Assembly: GCA_964016885.1 (NCBI GenBank)
Contig: OZ024764.1
Span: 11,842,001-11,906,000, forward strand
DNA from: Eledone cirrhosa
Lineage: Eukaryota
Direction: 5' to 3'
DNA: 64,000 bases
Shown: positions 12,901-25,305 of the stretch, piece by piece
Position numbering within the stretch: position 1 is the stretch's first letter
Layout: each line of letters starts with the position of its first letter
Made by a program: the position numbers and the translations under genes
The notes under the pieces: generated by a model
What the model was told of the DNA's origin: nothing
The model's input: only the letters and a program-made list of their open reading frames with translations
Database searches by the model: none

Positions 12901-15900
12901 AGGGCAAAGGACACCAGAAGTCTCCACTGATACAGGTAGCCAGCTCAGCGCCTATGGTGGTGAGTAGGGAGGTGGGCCAAGGACACCAGAAGTCTCCACT
13001 GCTACAGGTAGCCCTGGGGTCGTGGTCACCAGAAGTCTCCACTGCTACAGGTAGCCCGAGGGCCAAGGGCACCAGAAGTCTCCACTGCTACAGGTAGCCA
13101 GCTCTGCACCTATGGTGGTGAGTAGGGAGGTAGCCCTAGGGCCAAGGACACCAGAAGTCTCCACTGCTACAGGTAGCCAGCTCTGCACCTATGGTGGTGA
13201 GTAGGGAGGTAGCCCTAGGGCAAAGGACACCAGAAGTCTCCACTGCTACAGGTAGCCCGAGGGCCAAGGACACCAGAAGTCTCCACTGCTACAGGTAGCC
13301 AGCTCTGCACCTATGGTGGTGAGTAGGGAGGTAGCCCTAGGGCCAAGGACACCAGAAGTCTCCACTGCTACAGGTAGTCAGGTCTGCACCTATGGTGGTG
13401 AAGAGGGAGGTAGCCCTAGGGCCAAGGACACCAGAAGTCTCCACTGCTACAGGTAGCCAGCTCGTCACCTATGGTGGTGAAGAGGGAGGTAGCCCTAGGG
13501 CCAAGGACACCAGAAGTCTCCACTGCTACAGGTAGCCAGCTCGTCACCTATGGTGGTGAAGAGGGAGGTAGCCCTAGGGCCAAGGACACCAGAAGTCTCC
13601 ACTGCTACAGGTAGCCAGCTCGTCACCTATGGTGGTAAAGAGGGAGGTAGCCCTAGGGCCAAGGACACCAGAAATCCCCACTGCTACAGGTAGCCAGCTC
13701 TGCACCTATGGTGGTGAAGAGGGAGGTAGCCCTAGGGCCAAGGACACCAGAAGTCTCCACTGCTACAGGTAGCCAGCTCTGCACCTATGGTGGTGAGTAG
13801 GGAGGTAGCCCTAGGGCCAAGGACACCAGAAGTCTCCACTGCTACAAGTAGCCAGCTCGTCATCTATGGTGGTGAAGAGGGAGGTAGCCCTAGGGCCAAG
13901 GACACCAGAAGTCTCCACTGCTACAGGTAGCCAGCTCTGCACCTATGGTGGTGAAGAGGGAGGTAGCCCTAGGGCCAAGGACACCAGAAGTCTCCACTGC
14001 TACAGGTAGCCAGCTCGTCACCTATGGTGGTGAAGAGGGAGGTAGCCCTAGGGCCAAGGACACCAGAAGTCTCCACTGCTACAGGTAGCCAGCTCTGCAC
14101 CTATGGTGGTGAGTAGGGAGGTAGCCCTAGGGCCAAGGACACCAGAAGTCTCCACTGCTACAGGTAGCCAGCTCTGCACCTATGGTGGTGAGTAGGGAGG
14201 TAGCCCTAGGGCCAAGGACACCAGAAGTCTCCACTGCTACAGGTAGCCAGCTCTTCACCTATGGTGGTGAATAGGGAGGTAGCCCTAGGGCCAAGGACAC
14301 AAGAAGTCTCCACTGCTACAGGTAGCCCTGGGGTCGTGGTCACCAGAAGTCTCCACTGCTACAGGTAGCCTAGGGCAAAGGACACCAGAAGTCTCCACTG
14401 CTACAGGTTGCCAGCTCGTCACCTATGGTGGTGAGTAGAGAGGTAGCCCTAGGGCCAAGGACACCAGAAGTCTCCACTGCTACAGGTAGCCCTAGGGCAA
14501 AGGACACCAGAAGTCTCCACTGCTACAGGTAGCCAGCTCAGCGCCTATGGTGGTGAGTAGGGAGGTAGCCCTAGGGCCAAGGACACCAGAAGTCTCCACT
14601 GCTACAGGTAGCCAGCTCGTCACCTATGGTGGTGAAGAGGGAGGTAGCCCTAGGGCCAAGGACACCAGAAGTCTCCACTGCTACAGGTAGCCAGCTCTGC
14701 ACCTATGGTGGTGAGTAGGGAGGTAGCCCTAGGGCCAAGGACACCAGAAGTCTCCACTGCTACAGGTAGTCAGGTCTGCACCTATGGTGGTGAAGAGGGA
14801 GGTAGCCCTAGGGCCAAGGACACCAGAAGTCTCCACTGCTACAGGTAGCCAGCTCGTCACCTATGGTGGTGAAGAGGGAGGTAGCCCTAGGGCCAAGGAC
14901 ACCAGAAGTCTCCACTGCTACAGGTAGCCAGCTCGTCACCTATGGTGGTAAAGAGGGAGGTAGCCCTAGGGCCAAGGACACCAGAAATCTCCACTGCTAC
15001 AGGTAGCCAGCTCTGCACCTATGGTGGTGAAGAGGGAGGTAGCCCTAGGGCCAAGGACACCAGAAGTCTCCACTGCTACAGGTAGCCAGCTCTGCACCTA
15101 TGGTGGTGAGTAGGGAGGTAGCCCTAGGGCCAAGGACACCAGAAGTCTCCACTGCTACAAGTAGCCAGCTCGTCATCTATGGTGGTGAAGAGGGAGGTAG
15201 CCCTAGGGCCAAGGACACCAGAAGTCTCCACTGCTACAGGTAGCCCTAGGGCCAAGGACACCAGAAATCTCCACTGCTACAGGTAGCCAGCTCGTCACCT
15301 ATGGTGGTGAAGAGGGAGGTAGCCCTAGGGCCAAGGACACCAGAAATCTCCACTGCTACAGGTAGCCAGCTCGTCACCTATGGTGGTGAAGAGGGAGGTA
15401 GCCCTAGGGCCAAGGACACCAGAAGTCTCCACTGCTACAGGTAGCCAGCTCGTCACCTATGGTGGTGAAGAGGGAGGTAGCCCTAGGGCCAAGGACACCA
15501 GAAGTCTCCACTGCTACAGGTAGCCAGCTCGTCACCTATGGTGGTGAAGAGGGAGGTAGCCCTAGGGCCAAGGACACCAGAAGTCTCCACTGCTACAGGT
15601 AGCCAGCTCGTCACCTATGGTGGTGAAGAGGGAGGTAGCCCTAGGGCCAAGGACACCAGAAGTCTCCACTGCTACAGGTAGCCAGCTCGTCACCTATGGT
15701 GGTGAAGAGGGAGGTAGCCCTAGGGCCAAGGACACCAGAAGTCTCCACTGCTACAGGTAGCCAGCTCTGCACCTATGGTGGTGAAGAGGGAGGTAGCCCT
15801 AGGGCCAAGGACACCAGAAGTCTCCACTGCTACAGGTAGCCAGCTCGTCACCTATGGTGGTGAAGAGGGAGGTAGCCCTAGGGCCAAGGACACCAGAAGT

Positions 15901-18900
15901 CTCCACTGCTACAGGTAGCCAGCTCTGCACCTATGGTGGTGAGTAGGGAGGTAGCCCTAGGGCCAAGGACACCAGAAGTCTCCACTGCTACAGGTAGCCA
16001 GCTCTTCACCTATGGTGGTGAGTAGGGAGGTAGCCCTAGGGCCAAGGACACAAGAAGTCTCCACTGCTACAGGTAGCCCTGGGGTCGTGGTCACCAGAAG
16101 TCTCCACTGCTACAGGTAGCCCTAGGGCAAAGGACACCAGAAGTCTCCACTGCTACAGGTTGCCAGCTCGTCACCTATGGTGGTGAGTAGAGAGGTAGCC
16201 CTAGGGCCAAGGACACCAGAAGTCTCCACTGCTACAGGTAGCCCTAGGGCAAAGGACACCAGAAGTCTCCACTGCTACAGGTAGCCAGCTCAGCGCCTAT
16301 GGTGGTGAGTAGGGAGGTAGCCCTAGGGCCAAGGACACCAGAAGTCTCCACTGCTACAGGTAGCCCTGGGGTCGTGGTCACCAGAAGTCTCCACTGCTAC
16401 AGGTAGCCCGAGGGCCAAGGGCACCAGAAGTCTCCACTGCTACAGGTAGCCAGCTCTGCACCTATGGTGGTGAGTAGGGAGGTAGCCCTAGGGCCAAGGA
16501 CACCAGAAGTCTCCACTGCTACAGGTAGCCAGCTCTGCACCTATGGTGGTGAGTAGGGAGGTAGCCCTAGGGCAAAGGACACCAGAAGTCTCCACTGCTA
16601 CAGGTAGCCCGAGGGCCAAGGACACCAGAAGTCTCCACTGCTACAGGTAGCCAGCTCTGCACCTATGGTGGTGAGTAGGGAGGTAGCCCTAGGGCCAAGG
16701 ACACCAGAAGTCTCCACTGCTACAGGTAGTCAGGTCTGCACCTATGGTGGTGAAGAGGGAGGTAGCCCTAGGGCCAAGGACACCAGAAGTCTCCACTGCT
16801 ACAGGTAGCCAGCTCGTCACCTATGGTGGTGAAGAGGGAGGTAGCCCTAGGGCCAAGGACACCAGAAGTCTCCACTGCTACAGGTAGCCAGCTCGTCACC
16901 TATGGTGGTGAAGAGGGAGGTAGCCCTAGGGCCAAGGACACCAGAAGTCTCCACTGCTACAGGTAGCCAGCTCGTCACCTATGGTGGTAAAGAGGGAGGT
17001 AGCCCTAGGGCCAAGGACACCAGAAATCCCCACTGCTACAGGTAGCCAGCTCTGCACCTATGGTGGTGAAGAGGGAGGTAGCCCTAGGGCCAAGGACACC
17101 AGAAGTCTCCACTGCTACAGGTAGCCAGCTCTGCACCTATGGTGGTGAGTAGGGAGGTAGCCCTAGGGCCAAGGACACCAGAAGTCTCCACTGCTACAAG
17201 TAGCCAGCTCGTCATCTATGGTGGTGAAGAGGGAGGTAGCCCTAGGGCCAAGGACACCAGAAGTCTCCACTGCTACAGGTAGCCAGCTCGTCACCTATGG
17301 TGGTGAAGAGGGAGGTAGCCCTAGGGCCAAGGACACCAGAAGTCTCCACTGCTACAGGTAGCCAGCTCTGCACCTATGGTGGTGAGTAGGGAGGTAGCCC
17401 TAGGGCCAAGGACACCAGAAGTCTCCACTGCTACAGGTAGCCAGCTCTGCACCTATGGTGGTGAGTAGGGAGGTAGCCCTAGGGCCAAGGACACCAGAAG
17501 TCTCCACTGCTACAGGTAGCCAGCTCTTCACCTATGGTGGTGAGTAGGGAGGTAGCCCTAGGGCCAAGGACACAAGAAGTCTCCACTGCTACAGGTAGCC
17601 CTGGGGTCGTGGTCACCAGAAGTCTCCACTGCTACAGGTAGCCTAGGGCAAAGGACACCAGAAGTCTCCACTGCTACAGGTTGCCAGCTCGTCACCTATG
17701 GTGGTGAGTAGAGAGGTAGCCCTAGGGCCAAGGACACCAGAAGTCTCCACTGCTACAGGTAGCCCTAGGGCAAAGGACACCAGAAGTCTCCACTGCTACA
17801 GGTAGCCAGCTCAGCGCCTATGGTGGTGAGTAGGGAGGTAGCCCTAGGGCCAAGGACACCAGAAGTCTCCACTGCTACAGGTAGCCAGCTCGTCACCTAT
17901 GGTGGTGAAGAGGGAGGTAGCCCTAGGGCCAAGGACACCAGAAGTCTCCACTGCTACAGGTAGCCAGCTCTGCACCTATGGTGGTGAGTAGGGAGGTAGC
18001 CCTAGGGCCAAGGACACCAGAAGTCTCCACTGCTACAGGTAGCCAGCTCTGCACCTATGGTGGTGAAGAGGGAGGTAGCCCTAGGGCCAAGGACACCAGA
18101 AGTCTCCACTGCTACAGGTAGCCAGCTCGTCACCTATGGTGGTGAAGAGGGAGGTAGCCCTAGGGCCAAGGACACCAGAAGTCTCCACTGCTACAGGTAG
18201 CCAGCTCTGCACCTATGGTGGTGAGTAGGGAGGTAGCCCTAGGGCCAAGGACACCAGAAGTCTCCACTGCTACAGGTAGCCAGCTCTGCACCTATGGTGG
18301 TGAGTAGGGAGGTAGCCCTAGGGCCAAGGACACCAGAAGTCTCCACTGCTACAGGTAGTCAGGTCTGCACCTATGGTGGTGAAGAGGGAGGTAGCCCTAG
18401 GGCCAAGGACACCAGAAGTCTCCACTGCTACAGGTAGCCAGCTCTACACCTATGGTGGTGAAGAGGGAGGTAGCCCTAGGGCCAAGGACACCAGAAGTCT
18501 CCACTGCTACAGGTAGCCAGCTCGTCACCTATGGTGGTGAAGAGGGAGGTAGCCCTAGGGCCAAGGACACCAGAAGTCTCCACTGCTACAGGTAGCCAGC
18601 TCTGCACCTATGGTGGTGAGTAGGGAGGTAGCCCTAGGGCCAAGGACACCAGAAGTCTCCACTGCTACAGGTAGCCAGCTCTGCACCTATGGTGGTGAGT
18701 AGGGAGGTAGCCCTAGGGCCAAGGACACCAGAAGTCTCCACTGCTACAGGTAGCCAGCTCTTCACCTATGGTGGTGAGTAGGGAGGTAGCCCTAGGGCCA
18801 AGGACACAAGAAGTCTCCACTGCTACAGGTAGCCCTGGGGTCGTGGTCACCAGAAGTCTCCACTGCTACAGGTAGCCCTAGGGCAAAGGACACCAGAAGT

Positions 18901-21470
18901 CTCCACTGCTACAAGTAGCCAGCTCGTCACCTATGGTGGTGAGTAGAGAGGTAGCCCTAGGGCCAAGGACACCAGAAGTCTCCACTGCTACAGGTAGCCC
19001 TGGGGTCGTGGTCACCAGAAGTCTCCACTGCTACAGGTAGCCCGAGGGCCAAGGGCACCAGAAGTCTCCACTGCTACAGGTAGCCAGCTCTGCACCTATG
19101 GTGGTGAGTAGGGAGGTAGCCCTAGGGCCAAGGACACCAGAAGTCTCCACTGCTACAGGTAGCCAGCTCTGCACCTATGGTGGTGAGTAGGGAGGTAGCC
19201 CTAGGGCCAAGGACACCAGAAGTCTCCACTGCTACAGGTAGCCAGCTCTGCACCTATGGTGGTGAAGAGGGAGGTAGCCCTAGGGCCAAGGACACCAGAG
19301 GTCTCCACTGTTACAGGTAGCCAGCTCTGCACCTATGGTGGTGAGTAGAGAGGTAGCCTTAGGGCCAAGGACACCAGAAGTCTCCACTGCTACAAGTAGC
19401 CAGCTCGTCATCTATGGTGGTGAAGAGGGGGGTAGCCCTAGGGCCAAGGACACCAGAAGTCTCCACTGCTACAGGTAGCCAGCTCTGCACCTATGGTGGT
19501 GAGTAGGGAGGTAGCCCTAGGGCAAAGGACACCAGAAGTCTCCACTGCTACAGGTAGCCCGAGGGCCAAGGACACCAGAAGTCTCCACTGCTACAGGTAG
19601 CCAGCTCTGCACCTATGGTGGTGAGTAGGGATGTAGCCCTAGGGCCAAGGACACCAGAAGTCTCCTCTGCTACAGGTAGTCAGGTCTGCACCTATGGTGG
19701 TGAAGAGGGAGGTAGCCCTAGGGCCAAGGACACCAGAAGTCTCCACTGCTACAGGTAGCCAGCTCGTCACCTATGGTGGTAAAGAGGGAGGTAGCCCTAG
19801 GGCCAAGGACACCAGAAATCTCCACTGCTACAGGTAGCCAGCTCTGCACCTATGGTGGTGAAGAGGGAGGTAGCCCTAGGGCCAAGGACACCAGAAGTCT
19901 CCACTGCTACAGGTAGCCAGCTCTGCACCTATGGTGGTGAGTAGGGAGGTAGCCCTAGGGCCAAGGACACCAGAAGTCTCCACTGCTACAAGTAGCCAGC
20001 TCGTCATCTATGGTGGTGAAGAGGGGGGTAGCCCTAGGGCCAAGGACACCAGAAGTCTCCACTGCTACAGGTAGCCAGCTCTGCACCTATGGTGGTGAGT
20101 AGGGAGGTAGCCCTAGGGCCAAGGACACCAGAAGTCTCCACTGCTACAAGTAGCCAGCTCGTCATCTATGGTGGTGAAGAGGGGGGTAGCCCTAGGGCAA
20201 AGGACACCAGAAGTCTCCACTGCTACAGGTAGCCCGAGGGCCAAGGACACCAGAAGTCTCCACTGCTACAGGTAGCCAGCTCTGCACCTATGGTGGTGAG
20301 TAGGGATGTAGCCCTAGGGCCAAGGACACCAGAAGTCTCCACTGCTACAGGTAGCCAGCTCTGCACCTATGGTGGTGAGTAGGGATGTAGCCCTAGGGCC
20401 AAGGACACCAGAAGTCTCCTCTGCTACAGGTAGTCAGGTCTGCACCTATGGTGGTGAAGAGGGAGGTAGCCCTAGGGCCAAGGACACCAGAAGTCTCCAC
20501 TGCTACAGGTAGCCAGCTCTGCACCTATGGTGGTGAAGAGGGAGGTAGCCCTAGGGCCAAGGACACCAGAAGTCTCCACTGCTACAGGTAGCCAGCTCTG
20601 CACCTATGGTGGTGAGTAGGGAGGTAGCCCTAGGGCCAAGGACACCAGAAGTCTCCACTGCTACAGGTAGCCAGCTCTGCACCTATGGTGGTGAAGAGGG
20701 AGGTAGCCCTAGGGCCAAGGACACCAGAGGTCTCCACTGTTACAGGTAGCCAGCTCTGCACCTATGGTGGTGAGTAGAGAGGTAGCCTTAGGGCAAAGGG
20801 CACCAGAAGTCACCACTGCTACAGGTAGCCCTAGGGCAAAGGACACCAGAAGTCTCCACTGCTACCGGTAACCCTCGGGCAAAGGACACCAGAAGTCTCC
20901 ACCGCTACAGTTAGTTAGCTCTGCACCTATGGTGGTGAGTAGGGAGGTAGCCCTAGGGCTGAGGACACCAGAAGTCTCCACTGCTACAGGTAGCCCTAGG
21001 GCCAAGGACACCAGAGGTCTCCACAGTTACAGGTAGCCCTAGGTCTCCACTGCTACAGGTAGTCAGCTCTGCACCTATGGTGGTGAGTAGGGAGGTAGCC
21101 CTAGGGCTGAGGACACCAGAAGTCTCCACTGCTACAGGTAGCCCGAGGGCCAAGGACACCAGTAGTCTCCACTGCTACAGGTAGCCAGCTCTGCACCTAT
21201 GGTGGTGAAGAGGGGGGTAACCCTAGGGCCAAGGACACCAGAAGTCTCCACCGCTACAGGTAGCCAGAAGTCTCCACTGTTACAGGTAGCCAGCTCTGCA
21301 CCTATGGTGGTAGCCCTAGGGCCAAGGACACCAGAGTTCTCCACTGTTACAGGTAGCCCTAGGGCAAAGGACACCAGAAGTCTCCACTGCTACAGGTAGC
21401 CAGCTCTGCACCTATGGTGGTGAAGAGGGAGGTAGCCCGAGAGCCAAGGACACCAGAAGTCTCCATTGCC
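9940..21470 (+). repeat. 11.5-kb satellite of 79-bp units with interspersed 43-bp subunits, derived from CRE-like RLE coding sequence
   Basis: Unit ggtagccagctctgcacctatggtggtgagtagggaggtagccctagggccaaggacaccagaagtctccactgctaca; period measured as 79 (11401 to 11480). The minus strand reads VAVETSGVLGPRATSLLTTIGAELAT. Confidence 0.97.
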
Positions 21471-21559
21471 AAGGGTACGACAGCAAACCTGTCGGAGAGT
21501 GACCCGACGTGCAGCAGAACCTGGGTTATGCGCAGACTGCACCAGGTTTCGGCTGGAGA

Positions 21560-21850
21560 AAGTGTTGTAAATTAATTTTGTATTCTTGAGCAGATTCTAG
21601 GGGTGCGTGTCTCCGATGAGATTTTCTCGGGTGTTTTAACGATAGGGTCCACAGTCCAGTTACTCTATCCCCACCACCTACACACATGTTAGGTAAGATT
21701 CTGATGAAAGTTACAGGCGGTGTTTATTATGCGCATATAAACTCGCATATCTGATGAGATATCGAGGTAGGATCGGGTCCCTGTCATTTTGATTGTACTC
21801 TGAGATGGTCGATATTGATACGATTGCAATATGCCAATAAAGTTTATATA
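21560..21850 (+). mobile_element. Penelope-like terminal fragment with degenerate hammerhead core (related copies at ~455-780 and ~7140-7460)
   Basis: gcatat-CTGATGA...gtcGATA...atatgc-caataaag; homologous to the two upstream copies. The Penelope assignment is inference. Confidence 0.45.
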
Positions 21851-22379
21851 TACGAGCGAGACACGGTCACCCGGCCCAACTTGTCTCTCAATCGGACAAA
21901 CCCGTATAACCCATGCTAGCGTGGAAGATAGACGTTAAACTATGATGATGATATATATATAGACATAATTACGTCCTCAGGTGCCCCACAGTCATTCTCC
22001 TTCGGAGGACATAGCCTTGGCCAGCAGGTGCTGATATCACCCAGCCGTGTCCTTCGTTCATTGGGACTTTTAACCATCAACCGTAAACCCCCCCGCTGGT
22101 GGGTCAGCAGTGGTGGCCAAATTACTACCCATTATCGCCACCTAGCTTGCAGCTTACCCCCCTCTCCTGCTACAAAGCCAACAGGAGGCCTTCTTCTCTC
22201 GTCCTGTCATTCCACTGAGCCGAAAATTCCATGCAGCCCACCTCAACTGGAAATAGCCATTACCTACGAACCTTTTTCTCGTTACACTCCAGCACAGCTT
22301 CTTGTTACTTGGTCCACCTGTCACGAACGCCTATAGGGAGTTGAGATTGATCCTTTATCCTAGAGACGTGGCCTGCCCA

Positions 22380-22605
22380 GCGTATTTAGGAGTTCAGCTT
22401 CGTGTTTAATCTTCCACACGTTAGTACAGTCTACCAAATTCACCTTTGCCAGTCTGTTGCTGACTTCCCTGTCGATCTTGGCACCCGATGTGATGGTGCA
22501 CCCCAGGTAGGTGAAATGACGGACTGTTTTCAGTTCTGTCTCGCCAATCGTGATATGGTGAGGGTGGTACTCTTCCTGAGGTGCAGGCTGGTGGAATACC
22601 TCCAT
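22380..22605 (-). mobile_element. RTE/BovB-like RT fragment
   Basis: KKMEVFHQPAP...ITIGETELKTVRHFTYLGCTITSGAKIDREVSNRLAK. Confidence 0.82.
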
Positions 22606-22664
22606 CTTCTTACAGTCCAGAAGCTGGAGGTGATACACAGCAATACTCTTTCTCTGTGATAAAA

Positions 22665-23200
22665 GAATGAAGTTGTATTTTAACGTCCCTGATATACAGT
22701 GTATTGTGGTAGCTGTCCCTGTTGCATCTAATGTAAGGAGGGGTCTGTCTTTTATCGTCTCTTATATACATACAGTATATTGTAATAGCTACCCCTCCAT
22801 ACGGTCTATAGTTATAACTTTACATGGGTCTGTCTTTTAACACCTGATATACAGTATATTGTGGTAGCTGTCCCTTCTAATATAAGGGTGCGTTTGTCTT
22901 TTAACGTCCCAGATACAGAGTATATTGCGGTAGCTGTCCCTCCATACATCAGCCGTTACATCTAATATAAGGTCTGTTTGTCTCTGTCTTTTAATGTCCC
23001 TCATATACAGTATATTGTGGTAGCTGGCTCCTCTCTACATCCCACAGTTACATCTATGGGTGGGCCTCTCTTTTAATGTCCCTGTTATACAGTGTTAACT
23101 GTTCCCCCACATGGCCCACAGTTACATGTAATATAACAATGGGTCTGTATTTTAATGCCCCTGATATACAGTATATTGTGGTAGCTGTCCCTCCATACGG
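22665..23200 (+). repeat. Degenerate ~70-100-bp tandem repeat
   Basis: Recurrent gtcttttaa(c/t)gtccct..atacagtatattgtggtagctgtccc, about 7 copies; a related single copy lies at ~9385-9460. Confidence 0.75.
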
Positions 23201-24564
23201 CGGCTTATAAAAGGTTAGGCCTGTCTCTTAGCATCCCAAGAACTGGGGTCATCTGTCAATGGCACACTTTACCCCTCCCCTGTGGCCACACCCTTAAACC
23301 CGGAGTCCATCAAGGTACGTATTAAGTCACATTTGTATCTATATTTTTAATTATTCGTTGTTAAAATATATGTAAACGGAATAAATGGAAGTAATTCAGG
23401 TGTGAATATATTTTTTATTAGAAAATTGTTAATGTGTTGCTGGTGCTATATGTGTTGTTACGAGGTGTAGTTATGGTTGTCAATCGAAAACCGATGTTTA
23501 TTGTCTTATGGATCGTTGGGTGACTGTACAGACAGTACATATGTCAGTTCCTGCCTCCTTTGGTGACTGTACAGGTAGTACATATTTCAGTGGAAGTGTT
23601 GTGTGTATCACACCTCAGTCTCCTTCCAGGACTGAGAACACCCAAGTTAAATTTCCTCCCCCTCTCGAAGGCTCAATGTCCTCTCTGGCTTGTAAGATCT
23701 TCTCTGTGGCTAACGCTCGCTTAGGGGACGAAAGGCATGTAGTGTATGTACTAAGGTCGCCAAAAAAGCAGTTAAAAGACATGTCTAACCTGTATAATCT
23801 TCTATGGTTATCGCTCGAATGTAAACAAAGCTGGCTACCCTCTCGCGGTTGAAAGACATGTCTAACTTGCGTCTCTATCGCAACATCTTGTAGATTCTGA
23901 ATTGTAGAAAGGGTCACCATCGAACTTCGATAAACCCCCATAATCAAACTCCCTAAACAATCCGTTGGCAGACATCGAAAACCCCGTCTTCGTAGCACCA
24001 CCAATGCATTAATAATTGTCTTATGAAAAAAATATTTGAATCCAGAATTACTTCCCTTTGTTCCGTTTGCATATATTAATTTTTTTTTGATCAAAATTTT
24101 TCCAAAGTAGCCATAAGTACCACTATTTAACTCAGTAGAATTGCGGCCTTCGCGGTGGCGTGCGATCTGCGTCTCAGACTACCAGTCCCCCTGGCTGGCG
24201 TTCGATTCGTAGTGGCGTACGACTGCATCGGCCTGGGACTATTCGGGGCCGGCACATAGATGCAAGGCCCGTCCCTGACCACCGTGAAGAATTCTTTTTC
24301 AAAATTTCATCTAATATGCAAATGAGCTTTGAAGTTCATTTACATATTAGAAGAATTATATTAGAAAGAATCTTAATATATATAGAAAGAAACTTAATTA
24401 CTCTTAAAGCTTCATTTACATATTAGAAGCTCATTTGCATATTAGAAGAAATTTTTTTTTAGAAATATATTAGAGAGAATCTTAATTACATTTTTGAAGG
24501 TCATTTACATATTAGAAGGCTCATTTGAATATTAGAAGAGATTTCAAGAAGAACCTTGGAGGGT

Positions 24565-25305
24565 AATTACATTCTTGGAAGACAGTTGGATTTGAACCTT
24601 CTTAACTTAGTTTCTATATAGACTGTTTAGATTCTTAGAACCCACAATGTCACTTACATTCTTGGAAGACAGTTGGATTTGAACCTTCTTAACTTAGTTT
24701 CTATATAGAGAGACTTAGATTCTTAGAACCCACAATCTCACTTACATTCTTGGAAGACAGTTGGATTCGAACCTTCAACTTAGTTTCTTAAAACCCACAA
24801 TTTCACTTAGATTCTTGGAAGACAGTTGGATTCGAACCTTCAACTTAGTTTCTTAAAACCCACAATTTCACTTACATTCTTGGAAGACAGTTGGATTCGA
24901 ACCTTCAACTTAGTTTCTATATAGAGAGACTTAGATTCTTAGAACCCACAATTTCACTTACATTCTTGGAAGACAGTTGGATTCGAACCTTTGATACTTT
25001 CTTTACATTATTAGATGGTTTCTACATTCTTGGAAGACAGTTGGATTCGAACCTGAGATACTTTCTTTACATACTTGAAGGTTCTTATTACATTTTTGAT
25101 ACTTATCACCCTTGATGGTAATTACGTTCTTAGACGACTGTTGGATTCGAACCCTCAATGATATTTCTATATTGTTTATTGATACTTACTCTTCATTCCC
25201 TTGATGGTACTTACTTTTCTTTCCTTAGATTCGAACCATTGAAGACACCGTCTACATTGTTTATTGGACAACCATTTTTGGAGCGACTGCTGGATTCGAA
25301 ACCTT
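24565..25305. repeat. Degenerate 60-90-bp tandem repeat carrying a reverse Pol III B-box
   Basis: ttacattcttggaagacagttggattcgaacc recurs about 9 times, decaying rightwards. Confidence 0.85.

Noticed and set aside
9940-21470. CRISPR-like alternation of constant and variable segments
   Set aside because: The variable parts are point variants of one 36-bp subunit, not unique spacers. The context is eukaryotic and there are no cas genes.
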